DNA of 64,000 bases from positions 124,001-188,000 of the forward strand of contig NIVC01000200.1 of NCBI GenBank assembly GCA_002269645.1, given 5' to 3'. Shown here one piece after another: positions 39,970-64,000 of the stretch (position 1 is its first letter; each line of letters starts with the position of its first letter). The DNA is from Macrostomum lignano. Taxonomy: Eukaryota. A program made the translations under genes and the position numbers. The notes under the pieces were generated by a model. The model worked only from the letters and a program-made list of their open reading frames with translations. It did not search any database and was not told the DNA's origin.

Positions 39970-40475
39970 AGCTACTTTAAGGCACCACACATTGAGCGCA
40001 GGTTCTGGAGATGGCCACGTTAACCTTAAAGCAACTTTCCGCTTCTATAGTGAGAACTCGGATCGGTGTTTTAAAGCGTAAAAAATTTACTGACAGTAGC
40101 TTGGCTTAATCGCTTCTTGGTGCGCCATCTTGGCAATCGCAGAAACACCTCAACCGGTCAATTATTACGCCCGGAATCTCGTAACCAAGGAGCGAATTCT
40201 TCAGCGGTTTCGGAGCAAGCATGAGGCTGAGGCGGCCCGTCCTGCTTATCGTAAAGATCTTTGCTAAGCCCAAACGGATATTCAGCATTCTAGATTATTT
40301 TTATTCGTTGGAATGGATTAACAGTTTGTCGACACCAAGACTAGACAGTAAAGAGAAGAATAATGTTGTCGTCATGGGAACCTCCAGGCTTTGGGATCAA
40401 TGCTGCAGCCTCATTTTATCTTCGCGGTGAAGAAACTTAATGTAACGTCATGTCCCGGACATCTACAAATATTCT
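39970..40475 (+). repeat. ~500-bp direct repeat, copy B
   Basis: Near-identical to 36958-37454. Confidence 0.95.
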
Positions 40476-40973
40476 ATGACCAAAGAATGGCTGGATGACC
40501 AGGGAGTCATCGTTGCGAGAGTTGGTTACAGAGACCTTCCTGGCCTACCCGAAGTATTCTGCGACAACCACGACTCGCGACATATTCATAATGCTGAGAC
40601 GCAGGGCCGTTTTTAAGAAAAAAAATGTATAAGCAGATTATATAATCTAGCTATCTGTATTATTCATGTGCTCCGGAAAAGTGAAAAAAACTATATTTCA
40701 GGTTCCATTCTGATCTATTTCTATCAGGCATGGTATCTTTTGTTTTAATCAATAATTACTTTTAATCTTTCTTCAAACGGGTAACAATTCTGCATTATAA
40801 TTTTTTTTATTTTACGATATATAGTTTCGTCTAAAATTACTTTTAACAGGTATATATTTTTGGCCGTGTCAAGCGCAACGCACATGCATGTAATGCAGCC
40901 ACTTGATGTTGCAGTCTTCAGCTAAGTTAAGGCATCGTGGAATGACCTCACGAGCTGCTTGCACACGGCTAGT

Positions 40974-42123
40974 CTGGGACTCACTCGTGTTCTCTGGGAC
41001 TCACTCTGTGATCTCTGGGACTCACTCTGTGATCTCTGGGACTCACTCTGTGTTCTCTGTGACTCACTCTGTGATCTCTGGGACTCACTCTGTGTTCTCT
41101 GGGACTCACTCTGTGATCTCTTGGGACTCACTCTGTGATCTCTGGGACTCACTCTGTGATCTCTGGGACTCACTCGTGTTCTCTGGGACTCACTCTGTGA
41201 TCTCTGGGACTCACTCTGTGTTCTCTGTGACTCACTCTGTGTTCTCTGTGACTCACTCTGTGATCTCTTGGGACTCACTCTGTGATCTCTGGGACTCACT
41301 CGTGTTATCTGGGACTCACTCTGTGATCTCTTGGGACTCACTCTGTGATCTCTGGGACTCACTCTGTGTTCTCTGCGACTCACTCTGTGTTCTCTGGGAC
41401 TCACTCTGTGATCTCTGGGACTCACTCTGTGTTCTCTGTGACTCACTCTGTGTTCTCTGTGACTCACTCTGTGATCTCTTGGGACTCACTCTGTGATCTC
41501 TGGGACTCACTCGTGTTATCTGGGACTCACTCTGTGATCTCTTGGGACTCACTCTGTGATCTCTGGGACTCACTCTGTGTTCTCTGGGACTCACTCTGTG
41601 ATCTCTGGGACTCACTCGTGTTCTCTGGGCCTCACTCTGTGATCTCTTGGGACTCACTCTGTGATCTCTTGGGACTCACTCTGTGATCTCTGGGACTCAC
41701 TCTGTGATCTCTGGGACTCACTCGTGTTATCTGGGACTCACTCTGTGATCTCTGGGACTCACTCTGTGATCTCTGGGACTCACTCTGTGATCTCTGGGAC
41801 TCACTCTGTGATCTCTGGGACTCACTCAGTGATCTCTGGGACTCATTCTGTTTTGCAATCCTGACACTGGGATTCAGCGATCCATATTTTCTTCGCGGTC
41901 AAGGCCGCAGATCGAGGATAACCATTTGGACTCACCCACGATTATATTGCGCCCTGCAAGCAGAGTCCCAAGAGATCACAGAGTGAGACCCAGAGATCAC
42001 AGAGTGAGTCCCAAGAGATCACAGAGTGAGTCACAGAGAACACAGAGTGAGTCCCAGAGATCACAGAGTGAGTCCCAGAGATCACAGAGTGAGTCCCAGA
42101 GAACACAGAGTGAGTCCCAGAGA
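40974..42123. repeat. ~21-nt minisatellite (gggactcactctgtgatctct) in both orientations: 40974-41851 and 41962-42123
   Basis: The second array is the reverse complement of the first, separated by a ~110-bp unique spacer. Confidence 0.93.
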
Positions 42124-42509
42124 ATCGCAGCTCAGATCCCAAGTCTGTCTGAATTCAGAATTCTGAAACCAACCAGCTGCAGCTCATAAACCTGACCAAA
42201 CAGCCCACAGCGGCAGTGTCTGCAGCCCGTCAATCCTTCTCTCTGCTTTTCTGTGCTGCACCGCCCTTTGAAGTTGTGCCCTCAGCTGTTAGCGAACTCC
42301 GATGTACCACACTGCAACAAATCAGTGACTGTCTTTGCCTTAAAACTAAATATAAAATAACTAAAAATAAATCCAGTTTATCCCAATGAGAAATATTTTA
42401 CTAATAAACCTGAATACTCCATGAGGTTTATTAAGTAAATCATAAATGTAAAACTTGTTTTCACTACTCAGTTTTGACTTTGAAGCCAATTTGAATTAAT
42501 TCTGGGCAG

Positions 42510-43400
42510 ATGGAGACTGGGAGTTGGAGCTGATGAGAGACTGGATGTTGATGCAGCTAATGAGAGACTGGGTGTTGATGCAGCTGATGAGAGATTGGGA
42601 GTTGGAGCTGATGAGAGACTGGGTGTTGATGCAGCTAATGAGAGACTAGGTGTTGATGGAGCTAAAGAGAGAATGGGTGTTGATGGATCTAATGAGAGAA
42701 TGGGTGTTGATGGAGCTGATGAGAGACTGGGTGTTGATGGAGCTAATGAGAGAATGGGTGTTGATGGAGCTAATGAGGTAAGAATGGGTGTTGATGGAGC
42801 TAAAGAGACTGGGTGTTGATGGAGCTAAAGAGACTGGGTGTTGATGGAGCTAATGAGAGACTGGGTGTTGATGGAGCTAAAGAGAGAATGGGTGTTGATG
42901 GATCTAATGAGAGAATGGGTGTTGATGGAGCTGATGAGAGACTGGGTGTTGATGGAGCTAATGAGAGACTGGGTGTTGATGGAGCTAATGAGAGACTGGG
43001 TGTTGATGGAGCTGATGAGAGACTGGGTGTTGATGGAGCTGATGAGAAACTGGATGTTGATGCAGCTAATGAGAGACTGGGTGTTGATGGAGCTAATGAG
43101 AGAATGGGTGTTGATGGAGCTAATGAGAGAATGGGTGTTGATGGATCTAATGAGAGAATGGGGTTGATGGTGCTAAAGAGAGAATGGGTGTTGATGGAGC
43201 CAAAGAAACTGGGGTGTTGATGCAGCTAATGAGAGAATGGGTGTTGATGGAGCTAATGAGAGAATGGGTGTTGATGGAGCTAATGAGAGAATGGGTGTTA
43301 ATGGATCTAATGAGAGAATGGGTGTTGATGGTGCTAAAGAGAGAATGGGTGTTGATGGAACCAAAGAAACTGGGGTGTTGATGGAGCTAGTAAGAGAGAC
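42510..43400. repeat. Minisatellite, 27-nt unit (gggtgttgatggagctaatgagagact)
   Basis: Tandem array visible. Confidence 0.95.
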
Positions 43401-43783
43401 TGGGAGGCTGATGCTGCTCAATTAGTGAAGGAGACTGAAGAATGAGACAGTTATCCGGAAAATTCGGGTTCATCATCCACCCCAGAAATTCTGCTGACAG
43501 TCCTGCTCAGTGAACTTAACTCGCTGAATTGACTGAACCAGTTGCCAGTGCTGCACATGTAGTTCCAGAATCACAGATCCCATCCCAATCTGTTAGATGC
43601 AGGAGTGCATCCGGAGTTTCTGACAGCGCTTTAATGCACGAGTACATGAAAATTGGGTTTTGTATGTGCACTTACTTTTTTGTACCTTCCATCAATTTCC
43701 AAAAACTTCAACTTTTCAAAGCACTCATATTTTAACAACAATTTCCCAGCTAAAAATATCTGAGCCAATGCATATAAAACACA

Positions 43784-44180
43784 GCAGTGACCCATTGAGA
43801 AAAATGCAACACAGAAGCGAGCGCTGAGTCTGCAGCGAGTGAGGAGAATTAAAGCAAACTGCATGCCATTTTTGCTGAAATTCAATTCAAAGTCAAGTCC
43901 CAGTTTCTGGTGCTGAAACTTCTAGAAATAGAAAAACAATGAGAGAAGTTATGAGGACCGTTTCATTTAATTACTTAATACATTCATAATGTTTATTGTG
44001 CTTCTATTCAATAATTATCAAATTCTGAATATGCTGGACGGAACAAACAATTATCGGACAAAGAAATTCATCGCGTGTTGAAAATTTATTATAAGAGAAA
44101 CTCGATCGAAAACCCGACCTTTAATAAATCAATCACTCCAGTAAGACTACAGTTTAATTATTTTCGGCAAGTGAATAAAA
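43784..44180 (-). repeat. 3' flank of NHL copy 4, homologous to 6223-6621
   Basis: Same shared blocks as 6223-6621. Confidence 0.9.
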
Positions 44181-45851
44181 TTAGGATGCACTGAACACCT
44201 GCAGTCTCATGTTGCCTCTGTCAGCCACCACCAGCTGCTCGCGTGGACTTCCCGTCACCACCGCAAGACCCCATGGACGGTTGAATCTGCCGTCTCCGCT
44301 GCCGCTCTCGCCCGAAGTCCCCAGAGTCCACAGCAGCGACCCGTCGTCTGCAGCCACCGCTCGCACTGAGTGACCCCACAATTCACTCACTAACAGGCGG
44401 CCTCTGCTGTCGACGGCCACATCCAATGGCCAAACAAACTGTTTAAGGCGAGAACTCTGAGTCGGGAAGGAGGCGACCAGCTGCTGGGTGTCGATGCTCA
44501 CTCTGTGCACCTGATCGTGCTTAAATTCTGTCACCAGAATGCAGTTGTCGTGAGTCGCCAGGTTGCGCAGATCAGCACGAGGAAGCTGAGACAGCGTGAT
44601 GACCGTCTCCATCTGCCAAGTCGCTTTGCTGAATGCAGCAATTTTGTTTCCACTGGACACAAATACGGAGGCTGCGTTGCCGCCGATTCCCTTGATGTCA
44701 CCGAAGTCCTCGATGTGTGGGCGGACTCGACGCACCGCGCGACCGCTCAGGTCCGTCACTGTCACTGCGTCAGGCTGAGCAATGAACAGCAGCTGACGAT
44801 CGCAGTGAAGACCCCAGATGACCTTCCTCCAGTCGATGTCGCAACGGCACCGCAGCTTCCGTGAACCATCCACAGACAGCACCAGTAGGTGTTTTCTGTT
44901 CGGAAGGAATGATGCAAAGATGCAGGGCTGAGGCAGAGGTTTTCTGCGTTTTCTGCGGTCTCCCGCTGAGTCGGCGGGAACCACACGGCCCAAGCGGTTA
45001 CCAACGTATCCGCTGGTGTCGCTGCTCACAGCCAGCCATTGAACTGGGCGATCCAGCTTCACCTCGTGACTGAAGACCATCGGCTCTAACATTCTCTGAG
45101 CAGCGTCTATCTCCTCGGATGTCGCGATCACAGCAGCGTCTTTCGAACAGTCACCCTCTTCACTGCGTCCCGCACAAATGCCGACCAGCCGCTCGAGCTG
45201 GCCCAGAAGCCGCAGCTGCACCTCCTCATTGTCGCTCTGGTCTCTGAGCAGCCGCTCTGACCTCTCAAAGTCGGCCTCCAAGTCTCCAAGCGATTCGTGC
45301 ATGGACTGGACCAGGCGAAGCAGCTCCGCCATGTCGCCTGCAGCCTCCGCCGTGGCCACCTCCTGCTTGTAGCTGGAGACGTCCTCGAGGTCCCGCTCGC
45401 ACACACGCACTGCCTCAAGCACACCTGAGAGCTGGCCCGTCACCCTGCTACGAAACGAGTCGATGTGTTGCTGTACCAAATCGAATTTGTGATTGACCTC
45501 TTGCAGCTGCTGTTGGATGTCGAGAGCGAGACGACGCAGCGACTCAGCGTCTTGTCGGTGTCGCAGCAGCGCTGCACGGCCAGCTGCACCTGCTGCGCCT
45601 TGTGACTCTTGTGACTGTTGTGACTCTTGTGAATCTTGTGAGTCTTGTGAGTAGGCACGCAGCAGCTCGTCGACCTCCTCCTTGAGCTTGAATAGATTGG
45701 CCACATCGACACTGAGGTGTTGACTGCACATGTGGCAGCGGGAGAACGGAGCCACACCGACTGCAGCTTGGTTGCAGATGATGCAGAGAGGAGTTGGGGT
45801 AGCGGGAGGCGCGTCCGAACTCGAGCTGTCGCTGGAGCTGCTGTGGCTCAT
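44181..45851 (-). CDS. Cys/His-knuckle + coiled-coil + NHL propeller protein, copy 4; intronless, 556 aa from ATG 45851
   Basis: Paralog of copies 1 and 2; shares about 400 bp of 3' flank with copy 1. Confidence 0.85.
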   Translation of the reverse strand: MSHSSSSDSSSSDAPPATPTPLCIICNQAAVGVAPFSRCHMCSQHLSVDVANLFKLKEEVDELLRAYSQDSQDSQESQQSQESQGAAGAAGRAALLRHRQDAESLRRLALDIQQQLQEVNHKFDLVQQHIDSFRSRVTGQLSGVLEAVRVCERDLEDVSSYKQEVATAEAAGDMAELLRLVQSMHESLGDLEADFERSERLLRDQSDNEEVQLRLLGQLERLVGICAGRSEEGDCSKDAAVIATSEEIDAAQRMLEPMVFSHEVKLDRPVQWLAVSSDTSGYVGNRLGRVVPADSAGDRRKRRKPLPQPCIFASFLPNRKHLLVLSVDGSRKLRCRCDIDWRKVIWGLHCDRQLLFIAQPDAVTVTDLSGRAVRRVRPHIEDFGDIKGIGGNAASVFVSSGNKIAAFSKATWQMETVITLSQLPRADLRNLATHDNCILVTEFKHDQVHRVSIDTQQLVASFPTQSSRLKQFVWPLDVAVDSRGRLLVSELWGHSVRAVAADDGSLLWTLGTSGESGSGDGRFNRPWGLAVVTGSPREQLVVADRGNMRLQVFSAS

Positions 45852-45904
45852 TGTCGGATTGGCTGTGAGGAGTTGAAATGTAGATGAAGTCAAAACTCAA
45901 CGTA

Positions 45905-46122
45905 GGATGCAGTGTGGGGATGGGGTGCAGTGTGGGAATGGGGTGCAGTGTGGGAATGGGGTGCAGTGTGGGAATGGGGTGCAGTGTGGGAATGGGTTGC
46001 TGCGTGGAAATGGGGTGCAGTGTGGGAATGGGGTGCAGTGTGGGGATGGGGTGCACTGTGGGAATGGGGTGCAGTTTGGGATGGGGTGCAGTTTGGGATG
46101 GGGTGCAGTGTGGGAATGGGAT
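45905..46122. repeat. Minisatellite, 18-nt unit (ggggtgcagtgtgggaat), upstream of NHL copy 4
   Basis: Tandem array visible. Confidence 0.95.
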
Positions 46123-46572
46123 GAAAAGAACCCGTGACACTGCAGGTGTCAGTAAATGCATATGATAGTCTATCAAACACTAAGACAGCTATAAGTATAA
46201 ATAAAAAATGATATGTTTAAAAAGTAAAGCAAATGTTATTGCATGGCATGAAAACTAAACTGTGGTAAATAATGAGCATATAAAAATGCTGTCATTAAAT
46301 TCAGTATATTTTGCATGCAGCATGTTAATGAAAAGGCAAATCACAATTATCTATTTTGAATTAGAGAATCAGAATTATTCGACAGATAATTTAATAATAT
46401 ACAATAGTACACTCATAAATAACAGTGCACTAATATTAGTACCCAGATTAAAAGTGCAATGCTAGCGGAATACTAAGGTTGTAGTAGCCGGTAAATGATG
46501 ACTCATCAAAAAAGCAAAAAATTAATTAAAGCCTGTTCAAGAACTCATAATGCCCATAGCAGCACACAGATA

Positions 46573-46857
46573 CTCAGGCTACTCAGCCAAGCAACCACAG
46601 CAGCTCAGGCTACTCAGCCAAGCAACCACAGCAGCTCAGGCTACTCAGCCAAGCAACCACAGCAGCTCAGGCTACTCAGCCAAGCAACCACAGCAGCTCA
46701 GGCTACTCAGCCAAGCAACCACAGCAGCTCAGGCTACTCAGCCAAGCAACCACAGCAGCTCAGGCTACTCAGCCAAGCAACCACAGCAGCTCAGGCTACT
46801 CAGCCAAGCAACCACAGCAGCTCAGGCTACTCAGCCAAGCAACCACAGCAGCTCAGG

Positions 46858-46875
<18 letters not shown>
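46573..46875 (-). repeat. 31-nt tandem repeat containing the last five TSC2 codons and the stop
   Basis: Minus-strand unit ggttgcttggctgagTAGcctgagctgctgt, about 10 copies. Confidence 0.95.
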
Positions 46876-60251
<13,376 letters not shown>

Positions 60252-60419
60252 ATCCACAGATGCTTCTGTGGAAGCAATTCATAACAACAAAAAGACTTCA
60301 CTTCTGAGTCAATGATTAATCAGCTTCATTCTGTTTGAAGTTTGCCTCGATCGGTTTTTCAAAGTTCCTCGAGACTTAAAATTTATAGAGGTTTTAATAC
60401 TCTTAAGACGCCAAATTCC

Positions 60420-61275
60420 TCAGTTTTAAATACCCTTAAGACACTAAATTCCCTACAGTTTGAAATACCCCTGACACTAAATTCCCTTAAGTTTTAAATA
60501 CCCCTAGGACACTAAATTCACTACAGTTTGAATACCCCTAGGACACTAAATTCACTACAGTTTTGAATACCCCTAGGACACTAAATTCAATACAGTTTTG
60601 AATACCCCTAGGACACTAAATTCACTACAGTTTTGAATACCCCTAGGACACTAAATTCAATACAGTTTTGAATACCCCTAGGACACTAAATTCACTACAG
60701 TTTTGAATACCCCTAGGACACTAAATTCCCTACAGTTTTGAATACCCCTAGGACACTAAATTCACTACAGTTTTGAATACCCCTAGGACACTAAATTCAC
60801 TACAGTTTTGAATACCCCTAGGACACTAAATTCACTACAGTTTTGAATACCCCTAGGACACTAAATTCCCTACAGTTTGAATACCCCTAGGACACTAAAT
60901 TCACTACAGTTTTGAATACCCCTAGGACACTAAATTCCCTACAGTTTGAATACCCCTAGGACACTAAATTCCCTACAGTTTGAATACCCCTAGGACACTA
61001 AATTCCCTACATATTGAATACCCAGAGGACACTAAATTCCCTACAGATTGAATACCCCTAGGACACTAAATTCCCTACGGATTGAATACCCCTAGGACAC
61101 TAAATTCCCTACAGTTTGAATACCCCTACGACACTAAATTCCCTACAGTTTGAATACCCCTAGGACACTAAATTCCCTACAGTTTGAATACCCCTAGGAC
61201 ACTAAATTCACTACAGATTGAATACCCCTAGGACACTAAATTCCCTACAGATTTAAATACGCCTATGGCACTAAG
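60420..61275. repeat. Minisatellite, 34-35-nt unit, between TSFM and TSC2
   Basis: gaatacccctaggacactaaattcactacagttt repeated. Confidence 0.95.
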
Positions 61276-61858
61276 TTCCCAATAGAATGGACTAAATTTC
61301 CCATAATAAGTTTTTAAGTACTACTATTAGTTTTAGCATATAAAGATTTAGTTATTCATGCTTTGCATAACCTAGCAACCAGAAACCTCAGCTGTCATCA
61401 GCAATATCTAGCCTAACAACCAACAAAAAGTATTCATTGAAAAATTACCAAAACTCAGGTAAATAAATCAAGCAAAAGTATTAAGAATGCTGTTTTAATG
61501 CAGACAAAAAATATTGCTAATTTTCTTTTGCGCCTTGCAATTCAACAATTAGGCCTACTTAAAGTAGCTATGCTTGCAGTTGCAACAAGTTTACTTAAAA
61601 AAATTAATTGATCTAACGAAACACACGTTCAGAGACAAGATCTTGAGAAATAGTACAACTTCGCTATGGAAAATGCATTTTTTGCTAAAACAAATTACAA
61701 GCTTACCTTAGATAAATTTGACCAAAGCAATAATTTAATCTAGCATACAGAGCCTAGGTTTTTGGGTATCATATCGCCTGTAATGACACATCAACTTGTA
61801 TCTTTTTAAGCTTAGTTTATTCTATCTTTCAGTTTCAACCCAAAAAAACAGGTTGAGA

Positions 61859-63351
61859 TCATTCTTCGGCGCATTTAAGCCGAAAAAATCCCGCAACTTG
61901 CATCCCAGCTTCTTGGAGAACGTCGCCAACTAGACGAGTTTCATCTAGTAGAAATTCCTGACGAAGGAGAGCGTCTTCGGATTCCGGGTCGGGGTTCGGT
62001 TGAGGAGAGTCCAGTCTGGAATGTTATTGTTAGCGATCTTCAGTTAGTCTTGATCCAGCTGAGTTCTGACTGCGTCTATACATGAGCTATTAGTATGTCT
62101 ATACAAGATCTACTTATTGTATCTAAACAAGATCTCATCAGTGGATCGATGCCAGATTTATAAATGAAATGAATTTATATAATATCTGGGTCTATACAAG
62201 ATCTATCGTTATATCTATACAAGATCTCATCAGTGTATCTATACAAGATCTATCTTTATATCTATACAAGATCTCATCAGTGTATCTATACAAGATCTAT
62301 CGTTATATCTATACAAGATCTCATCAGTGCATCTATACAAGATCTATCGTTATATCTATACAAGATCTATCTTTATATCTATACAAGATCTCATCAGTGC
62401 ATCTATACAAGATCTATCGTTATATCTATACAAGATCTCATCAGTGTATCTATACAAGATCTATCAGTGTATCTATACAAGATCTAACAGTGTATCTATA
62501 CAAGATCTATCAGTGTATCTATACAAGATCTATCAGTGTATCTATACAAGATCTATCAGTGTATCTATACAAGATCTCATCAGTGTATCTATACAAGATC
62601 TAACAGTGTATCTATACAAGATCTCATCAGTGTATCTATACAAGATCTATCAGTGTATCTATACAAGATCTATCGTTATATCTATACAAGATCTCATCAG
62701 TGTATCTATACAAGATCTATCAGTGTATCTATACAAGATCTATCAGTGTATCTATACAAGATCTATCGTTATATCTATACAAGATCTCATCAGTGTATCT
62801 ATACAAGATCTATCAGTGTATCTATACAAGATCTATCAGTGTCAGATCTATCCAAGACCCAACAGTCTCTATCTCAATCTGTGAAATCAAAAATCAATCA
62901 ACCAATCACATTCACCTAGCCGGATTCCTGCCAACAATGTGCTGACAGATCTGATAGGCCAGCTGCTCACTGCCACCGCTATAGGCCACCGCAGCGGCGT
63001 AGCGACCGAACTGACAGGAGCCGGTCTCAGACTGCTGCAGCGGATGAGCATCGGGCTCGCCCTGCCACGGCGAGTGGCAGTACAGAGCCAGACTGTCTGG
63101 CTGGGCATTGAACACCAGCGCCCGGCCGCAGATGATGTTCTCACCGACGCTGCCGACCAAGCTGGCGACAGAGTCAGCGAGGGAGCTGTCACCGAGTTTC
63201 AAGCCCAGCAGCCGGTCCTGGGGCACCAGAGTGACCCCTTGCGGCGCCGAGGCGATGAAGTTATCAGCCAGACTGTTGCACGCCTCCGATAGTAGGGTCT
63301 GGGGATAGATTAGATAGATACATAAGATTAGATAGATAGATAAATAAATAG

Positions 63352-63395
<44 letters not shown>

Positions 63396-63422
63396 AAGTC
63401 AGACAGACAGACAGACAGACGA

Positions 63423-63476
<54 letters not shown>

Positions 63477-63478
63477 GA

Positions 63479-63514
<36 letters not shown>

Positions 63515-63926
63515 GTACCAACCTGAAACCGTGCATTCCTAGCAACAAAGTCGGTCTCGCAGCGCAGCTCTAACAATGACAGACAGTTAGGCGAGGCAAC
63601 GCGCTGCACAATGCCTAGCAGACCCTGGAATCGGTCGGTAGTTGATAAACATAGAAAGGCAAACATAGACGAACAAAACCCAAATTGCAACAAGCCAGCC
63701 AAGTTGTCACCTGTCTCGCAGTTCTATCTATCAATTTCTCAGCTTTCGCCCAGCCCTCAGCTTGGGCCCGTTCATCTAGCCAGGCTTTGGCCTCGGACAC
63801 GTCGCCATTGCAGCGAGACAGAGCCTGTCGACAGGCAAGCATAGGGTAGCCAGTTGTCTGTCTGAGCTGCATCAGTGCCTGCTTAGAAACGCTGGAACAC
63901 ATGGCTAGAATCTGCGACAGCCTCAT
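61859..63926 (-). CDS. TSFM: Mitochondrial elongation factor Ts; exons 63926-63711, 63624-63523, 63298-62916, 62015-61859; 285 aa
   Basis: LMQLRQTTGYPMLACRQAL..AKAWL; LLELRCETDFVARN; GENI; QICQHIVGRNP; LLRQEFLLDETRLVGDVL..GFFRLKCAEE*. Phases are consistent. Confidence 0.95.
62095..62850. repeat. Minisatellite, ~23-nt unit, TSFM intron 3
   Basis: tatacaagatctatcagtgtatc repeated. Confidence 0.95.
63305..63513. repeat. (TAGA)n then (CAGA)n microsatellite, TSFM intron 2
   Basis: Directly visible. Confidence 0.97.
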
Positions 63927-64000
63927 GTTGTGTTAATTCTGAAATTTACTGTTTTTGTTAAAAAAAAAGTGATAAATTTGTTATTAATTTATTGAATTTT

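Noticed and set aside
36958-40475. LTR retrotransposon carrying NHL copy 3
   Set aside because: The direct repeats lack TG...CA ends, I saw no PBS, PPT or TSD, and there are no gag/pol remnants.
40476-43780. Possible protein-coding exons between the arrays (40476-40615, 41851-41962, 42125-42330, 43430-43630)
   Set aside because: Candidate exons contain stops or give short peptides with no recognisable homology; I could not build a consistent model.

Overview
Eukaryotic (metazoan) genomic DNA with GT-AG introns. Exons are GC-rich and Gln/Ala-rich, and most introns are filled by their own private minisatellite. This architecture, plus 3' splice acceptors just upstream of several start codons, suggests a Macrostomum-like free-living flatworm, but that is inference and not verified. 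I reconstructed spliced models by hand, with consistent phases, for: the 3' part of an AMPA/kainate-like ionotropic glutamate receptor (+), RNPC3/U11-U12-65K (-, start unresolved), DDB1 (-, 11 exons), PHF12 (+), TSC2/tuberin (-, 11 exons) and mitochondrial EF-Ts TSFM (-, 4 exons). Mobile DNA includes a decayed RTE-like LINE, a mariner pseudogene, nested hAT-type MITEs and two foldback elements. The most striking content is a family of four intronless genes encoding a Cys/His knuckle, a coiled coil and an NHL-type beta-propeller. Three copies are about 99% identical at the DNA level in the N-terminal half by my manual comparison. In the propeller, substitutions cluster in short, often two-codon, patches at positions corresponding to the NHL ligand-binding face. 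The copies are mosaics of each other, and each sits co-directionally downstream of a conserved housekeeping gene or another copy, behind a splice acceptor 5-18 nt from its ATG. This looks like a diversifying receptor-like repertoire, possibly expressed from trans-spliced polycistronic units. All alignments and counts were done by eye; no database searches were run.
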